From: an uncultured delta proteobacterium
GTDB taxonomy: Bacteria > Myxococcota_A > Polyangia > Polyangiales > Polyangiaceae
Length of the DNA: 64,000 bases
Direction of reading: 5' to 3'
Assembly (NCBI GenBank): GCA_963696385.1
Contig: CAVOKF010000007.1
Location: 608,001 to 672,000 of the forward strand
Each line of letters starts with the position of its first letter. Position 1 is the first letter of the stretch. Shown piece by piece: positions 30,390-41,449 of the stretch. The notes beneath the pieces are model-generated. The model saw only the letters and a program-made list of their open reading frames with translations. It was not told where the DNA came from and ran no database searches. The position numbers and the translations under genes were made by a program.

Positions 30390-31700
30390 TCAGTTCTCCT
30401 GATAGTTTTCCCAGAGCCAGATCAGGCCGGCCGGCATGACTTCATTTCTCGCGTTGTGGTCGCAGTGCCCCGCCCCCAGTGCGTAGATGAAGCGGTAGTG
30501 ATTGCCTTTGGTCATGAGGGCAGACGCCATGTTTTGATTGGCAATCACCCAGTTGCTGTCCGATGACGCCGGCGTAGTGGAGCCGTTGTCGTTCTGACCC
30601 ACCTCCAGGAACACCCGTAAGTCCGGTCTCAGGGGTGCGGCCGTGATCAAACTCGGGTACTCCCAAGCGCCCTCGGGGTAGGCCGTGGTCTTCTGGATCG
30701 CAACGTAGGACCCCGAGAACGAGAACACGCGATTGAAGTCTCCGAACCAGGCCAGACCCATGACGGCCGGGCCGCCGGAGCTGCATCCGTAGCCACCGCG
30801 CCCGTTGGGGTCGCTCGTGAGCGCGAAGTTCGGATACTTGGCCTTGAGCGCGGCGTTCGACAGCACGGCGGGAAGGACCTCTGTGGTCACGAACTCCCAG
30901 TAGGCGCTGGAAACCGTGTCGTACTCGTAGCTGCGCTCACTATTCGGATAGACGTTCGGGCCGTTTTGAATGCCAATGACCACGAGCGGGGGCACATGGT
31001 TGGGCGGCGGCGAACCGGCCAGATCCTGGACGACCGTCTGAATCGACGCGTAATACCCGTCCGACGTGACCATGAACGGCGATTCGGTGCCGTCCACGTA
31101 TTGTGCGGGAACCCAGACCTGGATCTGACGCGTGAAAGTGATCGGAGGGGTAAAGTAACTCCCGTTGTAAATTTTACTGTCCGCAGAAGACATGGTGAAC
31201 GTGGTCGTGAAGCCCGCCGGAGCGCCGGGATCCAGCGTCAAATAGGGCGAGGGCGTGTAGGTCGGCCCCACCATGAATTCGCCGTCCCCGACGCTGGTGT
31301 CCGTATCGTCGTCACCGCCGTCAGGACCCAGGACCGCGAGGTTTGCGCCACCGTCGGAAGCGGACGCACTGCTCGACGCGTCGTCGGCGGCTTGGGCCAT
31401 TCCCGCGTCACCGACGCCGCCCGTTGCCGAGCTCGCACCGGTGCCGGTGCCGCCGCCGGTTCCGGTGCCGCCACCGGTCCCCGCGCCGCTCGACGTACTT
31501 GCAGTTCCGGAGGTCGCCCCGGTACTTCCCGCCGCTGACGACGAGGCCGCCGCCGTCGTGTTCCCGCCCGTGGCGACGGCGGTGCCGGAGCCGGTCTGTC
31601 CGCCGGTCCCCTGAGCGGCGTTATTCGATCCGCAAGACGAGCAAGCACTCGTGACGAGAGTACCGATGACCCAGGCCTGAAAAGAAAGAGATCGACCCAT
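30390..31700 (-). CDS. Lipoprotein alpha/beta-hydrolase esterase (Fes-like)
   Basis: Lipobox TSAC, T/G/S linker, VWVPAQY, ERSYEYD, nucleophile GCSSGG, GAGHC. Confidence 0.8.
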   Translation of the reverse strand: MGRSLSFQAWVIGTLVTSACSSCGSNNAAQGTGGQTGSGTAVATGGNTTAAASSSAAGSTGATSGTASTSSGAGTGGGTGTGGGTGTGASSATGGVGDAGMAQAADDASSSASASDGGANLAVLGPDGGDDDTDTSVGDGEFMVGPTYTPSPYLTLDPGAPAGFTTTFTMSSADSKIYNGSYFTPPITFTRQIQVWVPAQYVDGTESPFMVTSDGYYASIQTVVQDLAGSPPPNHVPPLVVIGIQNGPNVYPNSERSYEYDTVSSAYWEFVTTEVLPAVLSNAALKAKYPNFALTSDPNGRGGYGCSSGGPAVMGLAWFGDFNRVFSFSGSYVAIQKTTAYPEGAWEYPSLITAAPLRPDLRVFLEVGQNDNGSTTPASSDSNWVIANQNMASALMTKGNHYRFIYALGAGHCDHNARNEVMPAGLIWLWENYQEN

Positions 31701-32000
31701 GGCATTGACCCTTGCGTCGTGAAACCGGCGTTGTCGGCGAACTCCCAAAGTTGAGAGTGCGCTCCTAGACTACCACCGGGCACTCAGGAGGCCCGGGATT
31801 TCGCGCAAGGTTCTCGCGGCCCCGCGCGCCAACAGTATGGACGAAAAACTCCACCCGCCCTCGGCGAGCTTCGCTCCTGGTTGCCCACAAACCTGCATCA
31901 CCGCCAGCGGACGGACCGGAGCCCGAGTTCGCCAACGCGCCGCGCCGGCGCATCGTCGTCCCGATCCGCGGCCGCGCGACCGGTGCGCTACCCTGTCGCC

Positions 32001-32357
32001 GTGGTCTGGAACCCGGCGCAGATCGAGCCTCGAACGTGGGACGCGGTGATCGATTTCTACCGCCAGCTCGCGGAGCGAAACGAGGACTTCCGGCCGATGC
32101 ATGCGCTTGCCCAGCACATCGCCTCGGTCCCGCGTGCATCCGATCTGTCCGGCGCGACGTCGGGAACGGCTCTTCTCGTGGCGCCCCACGGCGTAGACTG
32201 GGCGTCCGGCGCCCTGCGGATCGACGTCGATTTCGCCGGAACGATTCGCTTCGTGCGCCAGCGTCGCCCGCCGGCACGGCCCAGCGTCACCCGGCACTCG
32301 ACCCCATTTCTCATCGCCGCCTTTGACGCATTCGTTCGCCGGTCCGAATGGGGATAA
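32001..32357 (+). CDS. Hypothetical protein
   Basis: Coding-like 3' part of ORF 31881..32357; GTG start uncertain. Confidence 0.45.
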   Translation: MVWNPAQIEPRTWDAVIDFYRQLAERNEDFRPMHALAQHIASVPRASDLSGATSGTALLVAPHGVDWASGALRIDVDFAGTIRFVRQRRPPARPSVTRHSTPFLIAAFDAFVRRSEWG

Positions 32358-32568
32358 AGGTGCGCACCGCCCCGTCGACGTCCTTGCGACCTCCGGCCGC
32401 GGGGCGCCCGGAAGCGCAGGGGCAACGCCTGGTCACGGCACGACGAAGGCTACTCGAGCGTGGGTCATCCTTGCAGTCTGGTTGCCTCGGACGCTTTCTC
32501 GGACGAGTCCGGCTCGCCCCGGGGGTGACCCGTTTTCAGGGGCCAAGGATACCAACCCCGCACCGGCG

Positions 32569-34818
32569 ATGGGGTTTCTCGGACACATAAGGCCTCTGGC
32601 GATCGGACCAAGCGGTAAGAAAACGCGTGCACTCCGAGGACCCGGCGACCGGGGCGGGCTGGCCCTGGGATCCCAGGCACGGATTCGCCCGCCGCCGTTG
32701 TTCGGGGTCGTCGCGATCGCGGCCGGCGCCGGCGCGGCCGTGTGCAACGGGGCGTCGCCCGCGCTCGCTCAAACGGCCACGGCCGTAACCATTTCGGTGG
32801 ACGCGACCGCGGCGGGGACCCCGCTCGAGCCGATTTGGGCATTCCACGGGTTCGACGAAGTCAACTACACAACCACCGCCGAAGGTCAGGCACTGCTCCA
32901 AACGCTGGGACAGATGGCGCCGAGCCCGCACATTCGGTCGCATTTCCTGCTCAATACGGGAGACGGAGTGCCCTCGTTCAAGTGGGGCTCGACCAACGTG
33001 TACACCGTCGACGCAACAGGGGATCCGATTTACGACTGGACCTTGATGGACGGGATCATGGATACCGTCACCAGCGCGGGCGCCGTGCCGTTTGCGGAAA
33101 TCGGTTTCATGCCGGAAGCTCTGTCGACGCACCCCACGCCCTACCAAAACTCGGGCATTTACACGCTCGACGGCGGTTGCTTCTATCCGCCGACCGATTA
33201 CGCGAAATGGGGAGCGCTCATCCAAGCCTGGGCGACGCACTCGACTACCCGTTACCCCTCTGCCGCAAGCAGCTGGCAATGGGAACTGTGGAACGAGCCC
33301 GACATCGGTTATTGGCAAGGCACGTCCGCGGAATACGATGAGCTCTTCGATTACACCGAGTCCGCCCTGCATCAGGTGATGCCCACCGCCCCCCTCGGAG
33401 GTCCCGCGACGTCGGGGGCCGGAGCCTTTTTGACCCAGTTTCTTCAACACTGCGCGACGGGAACGGATGCCGTGACGGGCCAGACGGGCGTGCGCCTCGA
33501 CATGGTGACCTTCCACGCCAAGGGGGGCGTCGCCATGGCAGGCGGGAACGTCGAAATGAACCTGGGCCACCAGCTCCAGCTCCACAGCAACGGCTTCAGC
33601 ATCGTCGCGGGGTTTCCGCAGTACAAGCAAACCCCCATCGTCATCAGCGAAGCCGATCCCGACGGCTGTGCCGCGTGTCCCGAAAGTCAGGACGCGGCGT
33701 ATGCCTACCGCACCTCGCCCGCCTACGGCGCGTACGAAGTGGCGATGATGAAGCACACCCTCGAGCTCGAGTCGAGCCTGGGCGTCAACGTCCGAGGGGT
33801 TCTCGCCTGGGCCTTTCTTTTCGAAAATCAACCGTATTTTGCCGGCTATCGCGTGCTTTCGAGCAACGGAATCGACCTGCCTGTGCTCAATGCGTTCAAG
33901 CTCTTGGGGGGCTTACGCGGCATGAGCATCCCGGCCACGAGCACCGGTGCGCTGACGGTCGCCGACATTCTCGCCAACGGCGTTCGCGGGCAGGCCGACG
34001 TCAACGCGATGGCGACTCTCAACGGGCAGCAGGTTCAGGTTCTCATTTGGAACTACCACGACGACATCGTGACGGTGCCTGCGTCCCCGGTGCACTTGAG
34101 CGTTCAAGTGCCTGCCGCCTTCGGTCCACTCGCCATCGTCGACCACCTACGCGTCGACGACACACACGGCGACGCGTACACGACGTGGGTCGCGCAAGGC
34201 AGCCCGGCCAGTCCGTCCGCGGCGCAGTTGACGGCGCTGCAGCAAGCCATGACGCCGCAGCCGCTGCAGCCCGAGCAAATGGTGGCGGTGACCGCGGGCA
34301 CAGTCAGTCTCGATTTCAACTTGCCTCGCTTCGGGATCTCGCTCGTGAGTCTGGTTCCCCCCGGCGATGCACCCGATGCGTCGATCGGAGCCGCACCCCT
34401 TGACGCCGGGTTGGCGAGCGGCTCGTTGCCGGACGCCACCGCTACCGTTGTCGCGCAGGACGCCAGCGTCACGAGCGGAGGCGCCGGGGCCTCGAGCGCA
34501 GCGTCGTCGTCATTCGCGGGGCCATCCTCGTCGAGCAGTCCCGCCCCCGCGTCGATCGGGACCGCGCCGGCATCGGGTGGATCCGCGTCTTCTTCGGCCG
34601 GGCCGATCGAGGCCAACCGCGCGAACGCCGGATGCGGCTGTCGCGTCCTTGCCGACCCAGGTGACCCGCCGGCATGGCTGGCTGGGGTCCCGCTTTTGGT
34701 GTTGCTGGTCCGACGGCGTACGCAAAACCGCGAAGGGTGCCCGCGCCTCGTCCGCGGGCGAGAGCGTTCTTCACCCGAGGCGAGCGGTCGGGCTGCGCCG
34801 ACGCGGGCCAAGCGGTGA
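32569..34818 (+). CDS. GH39 beta-xylosidase-like glycoside hydrolase with C-terminal MYXO-CTERM; start uncertain
   Basis: KWGSTNVY, WELWNEPD (acid/base), ISEADPDGC (nucleophile); tail GCGCRV..W..LLVLLVRRR. Confidence 0.88.
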   Translation: MGFLGHIRPLAIGPSGKKTRALRGPGDRGGLALGSQARIRPPPLFGVVAIAAGAGAAVCNGASPALAQTATAVTISVDATAAGTPLEPIWAFHGFDEVNYTTTAEGQALLQTLGQMAPSPHIRSHFLLNTGDGVPSFKWGSTNVYTVDATGDPIYDWTLMDGIMDTVTSAGAVPFAEIGFMPEALSTHPTPYQNSGIYTLDGGCFYPPTDYAKWGALIQAWATHSTTRYPSAASSWQWELWNEPDIGYWQGTSAEYDELFDYTESALHQVMPTAPLGGPATSGAGAFLTQFLQHCATGTDAVTGQTGVRLDMVTFHAKGGVAMAGGNVEMNLGHQLQLHSNGFSIVAGFPQYKQTPIVISEADPDGCAACPESQDAAYAYRTSPAYGAYEVAMMKHTLELESSLGVNVRGVLAWAFLFENQPYFAGYRVLSSNGIDLPVLNAFKLLGGLRGMSIPATSTGALTVADILANGVRGQADVNAMATLNGQQVQVLIWNYHDDIVTVPASPVHLSVQVPAAFGPLAIVDHLRVDDTHGDAYTTWVAQGSPASPSAAQLTALQQAMTPQPLQPEQMVAVTAGTVSLDFNLPRFGISLVSLVPPGDAPDASIGAAPLDAGLASGSLPDATATVVAQDASVTSGGAGASSAASSSFAGPSSSSSPAPASIGTAPASGGSASSSAGPIEANRANAGCGCRVLADPGDPPAWLAGVPLLVLLVRRRTQNREGCPRLVRGRERSSPEASGRAAPTRAKR

Positions 34819-34948
34819 TCGCTGAGCCGGAGGTCGCGCTTTCCGTTGCGTGCCGATGCGGACGATGAAGGCGGAACCGGCGGTGTGCCGCACGAAGATC
34901 GTCGAGGGTACGATGCGTGCATCACCCCGTGACGCCGAAAGAGAACCC

Positions 34949-35998
34949 ATGCATCCTCGCATTGCGCTTCGCTGGTGGATCATCCTGGGGGCGTTCTGGG
35001 GCGTGGCGCTTGCGGTTCGCACAGCGCAGGCCCGCTTGTGCGCCGCCGCCGCCGATTGTCCGACTGGTTTCACGTGCCAACCAGGCGGAACGGCGGCAGA
35101 CGGAGGGGTCGCGGGCCTCTGCGCGTCAATCGATTGTCAGAGCGATTCGGATTGCGGGCCGGCGCTGCGCTGCGATTTCAACATCGGCACGATATGCACG
35201 ACCGGTTCGGACGACGCGTCATCGTGCGTTGCGGACAATGCGTGCGTTCCGCAGTGGCAGGCGCCCTGCTTGACCGACGGCGACTGCGGTCCGGGGTTCG
35301 CCTGCTCCGGGAGCGACGTCATCTACGACTGCGGCCCGAGCCAGTACGACGCCGCTTTGCCGCCGTATGCGACTGGAACGAGCATTCCATGCGCCGATGT
35401 GCCCATGCCACCTTCTCCCGCGTGCTCGCCGGACGCGCAGGCGAACGCGTGCCCGAGGGGGCCTCCGATCTGCGACGCGGCCAGCAGCTGTCTCGCCGTC
35501 ACCTGGAATACGTGCGTCGCGCCGCCGACCATTTCCTGCACAGCGGACTCGGACTGTCCTTCGACCTGGACGTGTCCATGCCCGAACGGCATGTCTGTGG
35601 CTACCATCGCCAATGGCCCAGCCATCCTCGCCGACGCCAACGTGAGCCCGAGCGATGCGGACGTGTCCCCGAGCGACTCGGCGTGCGCGGCCGTCTGCAC
35701 GCCTCCCAACGCGGACCTGTCGCTCGGCTATGGCATCTACAATGGGGGTAACGCAAGCGCTCCGGCTGCGCTCGCAGGGGCCGTCGATGCCTCGGCCGCG
35801 CCCGCAGCCACGACGGGAACGGCCAGTAGTACCCCCGGTGAGCGAGCGGCGGGGGGCAACTCGACGGGGGGATGCCAGCTGGCGTTCGGGGTTGCGCCGG
35901 CGGGCTTGGCGCAAGAAGCGTCTTCGATCTTCGGGCTCGGCCTGGCTTGTCTTGCTTGCCTTCGAAGCTGCCGGCGCGCGCAACGTTTGCGTCGCTGA
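34949..35998 (+). CDS. Cys-rich secreted protein with MYXO-CTERM-like tail
   Basis: Signal peptide; repeated CxxDxDC motifs; GGCQL..hydrophobic..RR tail. Confidence 0.7.
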   Translation: MHPRIALRWWIILGAFWGVALAVRTAQARLCAAAADCPTGFTCQPGGTAADGGVAGLCASIDCQSDSDCGPALRCDFNIGTICTTGSDDASSCVADNACVPQWQAPCLTDGDCGPGFACSGSDVIYDCGPSQYDAALPPYATGTSIPCADVPMPPSPACSPDAQANACPRGPPICDAASSCLAVTWNTCVAPPTISCTADSDCPSTWTCPCPNGMSVATIANGPAILADANVSPSDADVSPSDSACAAVCTPPNADLSLGYGIYNGGNASAPAALAGAVDASAAPAATTGTASSTPGERAAGGNSTGGCQLAFGVAPAGLAQEASSIFGLGLACLACLRSCRRAQRLRR

Positions 35999-36004
35999 GG
36001 GTCC

Positions 36005-36083
36005 GGGGGTCGCGGTGTCCGCGTTTGCGGTAGTCGCGGTCGGGGTTGTCGGGGTCGGGGTCGGGGTAGTCAGGGTCGCGGTC
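36005..36083. repeat. Degenerate (GGGGTC)n array
   Basis: cggggtcggggtcggggt core plus variants, between convergent genes. Confidence 0.6.
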
Positions 36084-36099
36084 GGTTGGACGACTTGCC

Positions 36100-37107
36100 C
36101 TAGCCCAAAGCCTGTTGCATGACCCAGGTCGTGCGAATCGCAGTTTGACCGTTGCTGGGAGACACCGGCCCTACGCCGCGCAGCTCGTCGACGATCGCCT
36201 GAATGAGAGGCTGCTGGATGTGCTCCGGGTGCCCGATCGCCTCTTGCCGCGTGTCGCCGGACGCGAGTCTCACGCGGATCGGATCGTCGGCGAACGTGGC
36301 AAAGCGCAGCTCGCCTTCGCTTCCGGTCACCACGACCTCGTCGGCCACGTTGCCGGCAGCAAAGCAGAAACGCCCCACCCCGAGAATCCCGGATGCAAAT
36401 TGAAAGACCATGCCGACCGCGTCCTCGGCTGGATACAAGGACGCCTGGCGGCCGGCGATGCCGCTCACCTTCACGATGGGCCCGAGCGCGAAATCGAGAA
36501 AGTCCAAGATGTGGGACGCCAGATCGACGAAATGACCGCCGCCCGCGATCTCCGGGCGCACGCGCCACGGCAGCGTGTTCGGATCGCGCTCCGCCGGCGT
36601 CACCGAGCGCTGCAACGCGATGGAAACGAAGCGAATCGCGCCGATTTCGCCGCTTTGCAGGATCCGTCGAACCGCCAGGAACCGCGGCAATGCGCGACGA
36701 TAGTACGCGACGAAGAGCGGCGTTTCCGCAGCGCGGAAGGCGTCAATCATGCCCTGGCATTCCGCCACTGTGCGCGCCATCGGCTTTTCGACGTAACACG
36801 GCTTTTTCGCGCGTGCGCAGCGCAGCGCGAGATGGGCGTGGCTTTCCGGCGGCGTCGCGACATAGACGGCGTCGACGTCCGGATCGGCGATGAGTGCGTC
36901 GGCGTCGTCGTACCAGCGGCTGACCCCGTGGCGCGCCGCGTAGTCGCGCGCGAGCCCCGGGCTTCGACGCATGACCGCCACGAGGCGCGACCCCCGGGCC
37001 TTCTGAAATGCGGGACCGCTCTTCTTCTCCGTCACGTCACCGCACCCAAGGATGCCCCATCCAATGGGTCGGGGCTGCCCCGGATCGTGTCCACTCGCGC
37101 CGTCCAC
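36100..37107 (-). CDS. Gfo/Idh/MocA family oxidoreductase
   Basis: WGILGCG, VYVATPP, YVEKPM, GGHFVDLASH; GTG start with GGAGG. Confidence 0.9.
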   Translation of the reverse strand: MDGASGHDPGQPRPIGWGILGCGDVTEKKSGPAFQKARGSRLVAVMRRSPGLARDYAARHGVSRWYDDADALIADPDVDAVYVATPPESHAHLALRCARAKKPCYVEKPMARTVAECQGMIDAFRAAETPLFVAYYRRALPRFLAVRRILQSGEIGAIRFVSIALQRSVTPAERDPNTLPWRVRPEIAGGGHFVDLASHILDFLDFALGPIVKVSGIAGRQASLYPAEDAVGMVFQFASGILGVGRFCFAAGNVADEVVVTGSEGELRFATFADDPIRVRLASGDTRQEAIGHPEHIQQPLIQAIVDELRGVGPVSPSNGQTAIRTTWVMQQALG

Positions 37108-37429
37108 GCCTCCAGAGTATCGCAAAGGGACGGGGGCGCACCTACGGAGGCGCTTGCTGCCCACGGCGGGGTATGGTGCCAAGCCGGCAACCGGGTGACA
37201 GGGTTGCGGCGTGTGGCCTGCCTCCGCGATCAGCGACCGTACTCGTCGCGTCGTCGTACCCAAAACGGTCCGCGGTCCCCCTCGTCACCGAGGTTCGGGA
37301 CGAGATCCGGGTAGTGGTACGCGGTGTTCATCCTATCGGTCCCGCGACGGTACGCCGAAACCGTGGGAAACACGGCTCCGAGTCATCTTTGTAGAAGACG
37401 CTGACGGCCTCGCAATCGGAGGGCAATCT

Positions 37430-37682
<253 letters not shown>

Positions 37683-37721
37683 CATGCTATGGCAACGGCT
37701 CAAGAAACGGGGTCGAAGTCC

Positions 37722-38435
37722 ATGCCGGGCCAACTCGAAGGCAGACGAATTGTCATTACGGGTGTTTCGCGCGGGGTCGGATTCGAGACCGCAAAACGTT
37801 TCCTTCGCGAGGGTGCGCGCGTGTTGGGGGTCGCCCGCGACCCGGCGCGGCTATCGCTCGCCGCCGAGTCCCTTTCCTCGCTCGGTGACTTCGCCGCGGT
37901 GCACGCGGATCTCTCGGACGCGGTCGCGCGTCACGCCGTAGTCGACGCGGTCCAGCGGCGCTGGGGTGCGCTCGACGTGCTCTTCAACAACGCCGCGATC
38001 CTGGTCAACACCGGCGAGCCTCGCTCGTTCGAAGAGGAGCCGGCCGGCACGCTGGAGCGATCGATCGAGACCAACGCTCTCGCCCCTCACCGTCTGTCGA
38101 TGGCGCTCTTGCCGCTGCTCCGGCGAGGCCGTGAGCCGCGAATCGTTCACGTCGGCTCGGGCGCGGGGTCTTTCGAGGGCATGCGCCAGAGCGGACTTGC
38201 GAGTTATCGGCTGAGCAAATGGGCCCTGCACGGCTTGACGATGCTTTCGGCCGCGCATCTGCGCGGGGAAGTCGCCGTCAACGCGTTCGATCCCGGTTGG
38301 GTCAAAACGGATATGGGGGGCCCCAACGCGCCCGGCAGCCCGGTGGAATCGGCCGAGGGGGCGCTCGCGGTCGTGACACTACCCTTTCCCGTGACGGGCA
38401 AGTTCTGGAAAGACGGTCGCGAAATCCCGTTTTGA
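37722..38435 (+). CDS. Short-chain dehydrogenase/reductase
   Basis: [28 protein letters not shown]. Confidence 0.92.
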   Translation: MPGQLEGRRIVITGVSRGVGFETAKRFLREGARVLGVARDPARLSLAAESLSSLGDFAAVHADLSDAVARHAVVDAVQRRWGALDVLFNNAAILVNTGEPRSFEEEPAGTLERSIETNALAPHRLSMALLPLLRRGREPRIVHVGSGAGSFEGMRQSGLASYRLSKWALHGLTMLSAAHLRGEVAVNAFDPGWVKTDMGGPNAPGSPVESAEGALAVVTLPFPVTGKFWKDGREIPF

Positions 38436-38456
38436 GGATCGCGCGACCGTGGAGCG

Positions 38457-41176
38457 TCACGGGCACCGAAGAATGGCCGTTGCCCCCGCCGGCGGCGAAC
38501 CGGGCGGAAAGGCGATCGCTTGCGCGCACGCGTTCGCGTTGGTGACGTAGCACCAGCCCGGATCGGTCGTCTCCGACTCGCAGGACCCGTTCGTGAAGTC
38601 AGCGCCGCTCGCCAAGACGCCGGGCGACGACGTGCCGGTCGGGACGAGTTGCTGAAGAACGCAGACCGACTGTGCGGCCGGATCCTGCAACCCAGAGCTT
38701 TTGCCGCCGTTGGACGTGTACGTGGCCTCGGCCGTCGCGCAGAACTGGGTGAGAACGGCGGACTCCGGCACGCTCAGGCCGTTGCCCGTGCACGTCGGAT
38801 TCAGACAAGTGCCGCCGTTGGTCGCAGGCATCTGGACGAGAATCAGGCACGACACGGCCGCCGATCCTCCGGTCCCGGCGGCGAGCGGCTCGGGCAAGCA
38901 CTGATTCGTGAGAGCATTCTTCAGCCGGTTGATGATCGTCGCGACCGCGGGCCGATAGCCGTAGTTGGGATCGTCGCCCGTAGCGTTGTCCGACACGTCG
39001 ATGGGGCAGAGCGACGAGACGATTCCCTGGTTGCCGAGCAGACGCGCCACCTGAAGCTCGCGGATCGTCGGGTAGGCCTTCGCCGACACTTGCTGCGTCG
39101 GAGTCTGCGCGTTGCAGAGCGGCGGAACTTCATCCGCGGTGAGACCGGTGGCGACAGCCGGACAGTCGCACTGGTAGTCGTTCTGGGCCTGCGTGCAGTC
39201 GCGTGGGGTCGCGAGCGGGAAGATGCACGCGTATTGCCGGTCGACCGGCAAGACATGCGGCGCGTAGGGCGTCACGCTCGTCGCGACGTACGGCATATTG
39301 GTGGTCCATTCGCGGCCATTCGTCGCGTCCGTTCCGTTCGCCGAGTTCGCCGCTGCAAGAGGATTGGTGCCTCCGGAATCGAAGGTCACGCCCGTGATGG
39401 TGGTTCGATCCACGTACGATTCGACCATGTGCGGATCGATCCCGTTGTAGTCGAAATTCGACGGATCGTTGGACGGCGTGCTGATGGTGACGGTCGCGGG
39501 GCCTTGGCCGAGAATCCTCACCCAGTCGTTCTGGTTCAGCTGGCTATTTTGCGCGCTGTTCGGATCGAAATGCAGCAGTTTGTTCGGAACACCGCCGATG
39601 ATCGCGTAGAAGATGAGGTCCGAGGTGCGCGTCCCGACCGGGAGATTGCACAGCGTGGACGCCGAAATATTCCCCGTGAGGGTCGCGCCGCTCGGAAGAC
39701 TCGCCGCGAAGAGTGGATTGGTGCAGTCGTTGGTCCCCACGTAGTAGTTCGCTCCGGCCGGATACTCACCCGCGCGATCCGGAACGACCGGCGACGACAG
39801 CCCGATGACATACCGCTGCCACGGATACTGCGGGTCGATGCCGTACTTCGCCCGCATGTGCACGTGCCGAAGGTTCGGGTCGTAGCCCCAATCGTTGAGC
39901 GCCGTGTACAGGGTCCCGGTATTTCCTTGCGTCGTGCAGTTCGGATCGGACGGGCCCGTTCCCCCGTTGCCACCCGAGCACTCGGGCGTGCCCATGGGCG
40001 GGTCGAAGCCCGCCCCCATGAAGAGGTAGCCGGCCCCGCCGAGCGACCGAACGTCAATCTCCGAGTCGTTCTCGTCGCTGAGGACAATCACGGCCACGAG
40101 CGAGTCCGGCCGCAGAAAGTCGGCCCGCTCTTGCAAAATCGTCGTGTCGACCCCGCTCCACTGGGCTTGATCGTAGCCCGTGCCGCCGACGACCAGGCTC
40201 GCATACGGGTCCGGCTGAACGAGGAAGCGATACCAGCTCTCGAGCTGCGATTCGATGCCGCAGCCGTAGATGCCGGCACCCTGCACCATCTCCGTGAAGT
40301 CGCTGACCAGCGTGGCCTGAGAGGCCTCCGGCATCAATCCGGTAGGAAGTGGGTTGGCCACTCCCATGTTCGCGGCGGTCTGCGGAAACCAGTCGAGAAA
40401 CCCGCTCGGCGACGCGGTCGTCGAAGGCGTGTAGGACGCCACGACCGCGTCGGCGACACTGCCTTCGGTGGCCGTGGCCATCCCGGCACCGTACGTCAGC
40501 GAACGCGCGATGAGATGCCCCTGGTCGTCGTTGTGGTCGGAGAGGTTTTGAAAGGGCGCCGACGCCATGGCGGTCGCTTGGCAGATGATTTCACCGCCTT
40601 GGCCCGGCCGCTGGTCGCTCAGCCGCTGGCCCAACGACGATGTCACAATGCCGAGGTGCATGTTGTGCACAGCCGGAAACTCGGGCTGGGTGTTCGGGTA
40701 CGCCGCGCAACTGGCGACGCCGTCGGCCACCGTCGAAGGCCCGGAGGAGATCGTCCCGGTCGCGTCGTCGACGCAATTGGGCGTCAAGAGACGGCCGATG
40801 AGGTCGGGAATGGCCTGGACAAGATAGGTCTGCTTGTCGCCCATCGACGCCGAATTATCGACGTCGAAGAGGATATCGACTTTCTGAATGGGCGCGCTCC
40901 GCAGGATCGTAGAAACTCCGCTCGACATCGCGCCGCTGCTGTCAACGCCCGTGCCCGCATCGTCGCGCCGTCGCCGGAGGCGCAATCGGAGCACGCGCCG
41001 CCGCTCGATCCAGCCGCGGTCGCCGTGTTTTGGGCCGATCCCGGACCGCCGTCCCCGTGGCCTGGGCCGACATCCACTTCGGCCGGAGCGATCTGCCCCG
41101 AACAAGATGCCGCCACGAGCGTCAACGTAACGCTTCGCCCGAGCGCACCCAACGACGAACCAACGACTCTCATCAT
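38457..41176 (-). CDS. Large Cys-rich vWA-like lipoprotein with an apparent 1-nt deletion near 40967
   Basis: Signal/lipobox LVAASC in ORF 40784..41293 joins ORF 38457..41105 if one G is added; KVDILFDVDNSASM (MIDAS-like DxSxS), GCGIESQLES, LSDEND. Confidence 0.75.
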
Positions 41177-41449
41177 CCAGACCTCCCCACGCCTCCCGCT
41201 CACCCCGTCACTTCTCGATCGAACCGCTCGCAGACGCCCTCCCGGGTATCTGGCTATACCCGTCCCATGGCCGAGACGGACACCGCCCGTCACGGGGACG
41301 CAAGCCTGCGCTCACCCCAGTCTCGAGTCCACGTCGCGCTGCAACGATCGCACCAGGCATAACTTCGGTCCGAATAGGCGCCATTCGGCCTGAACGGTCG
41401 GATCCGAGGATCCGAGTGGCACCCCTTGGCGCATGCAGCGGGTTCCACC

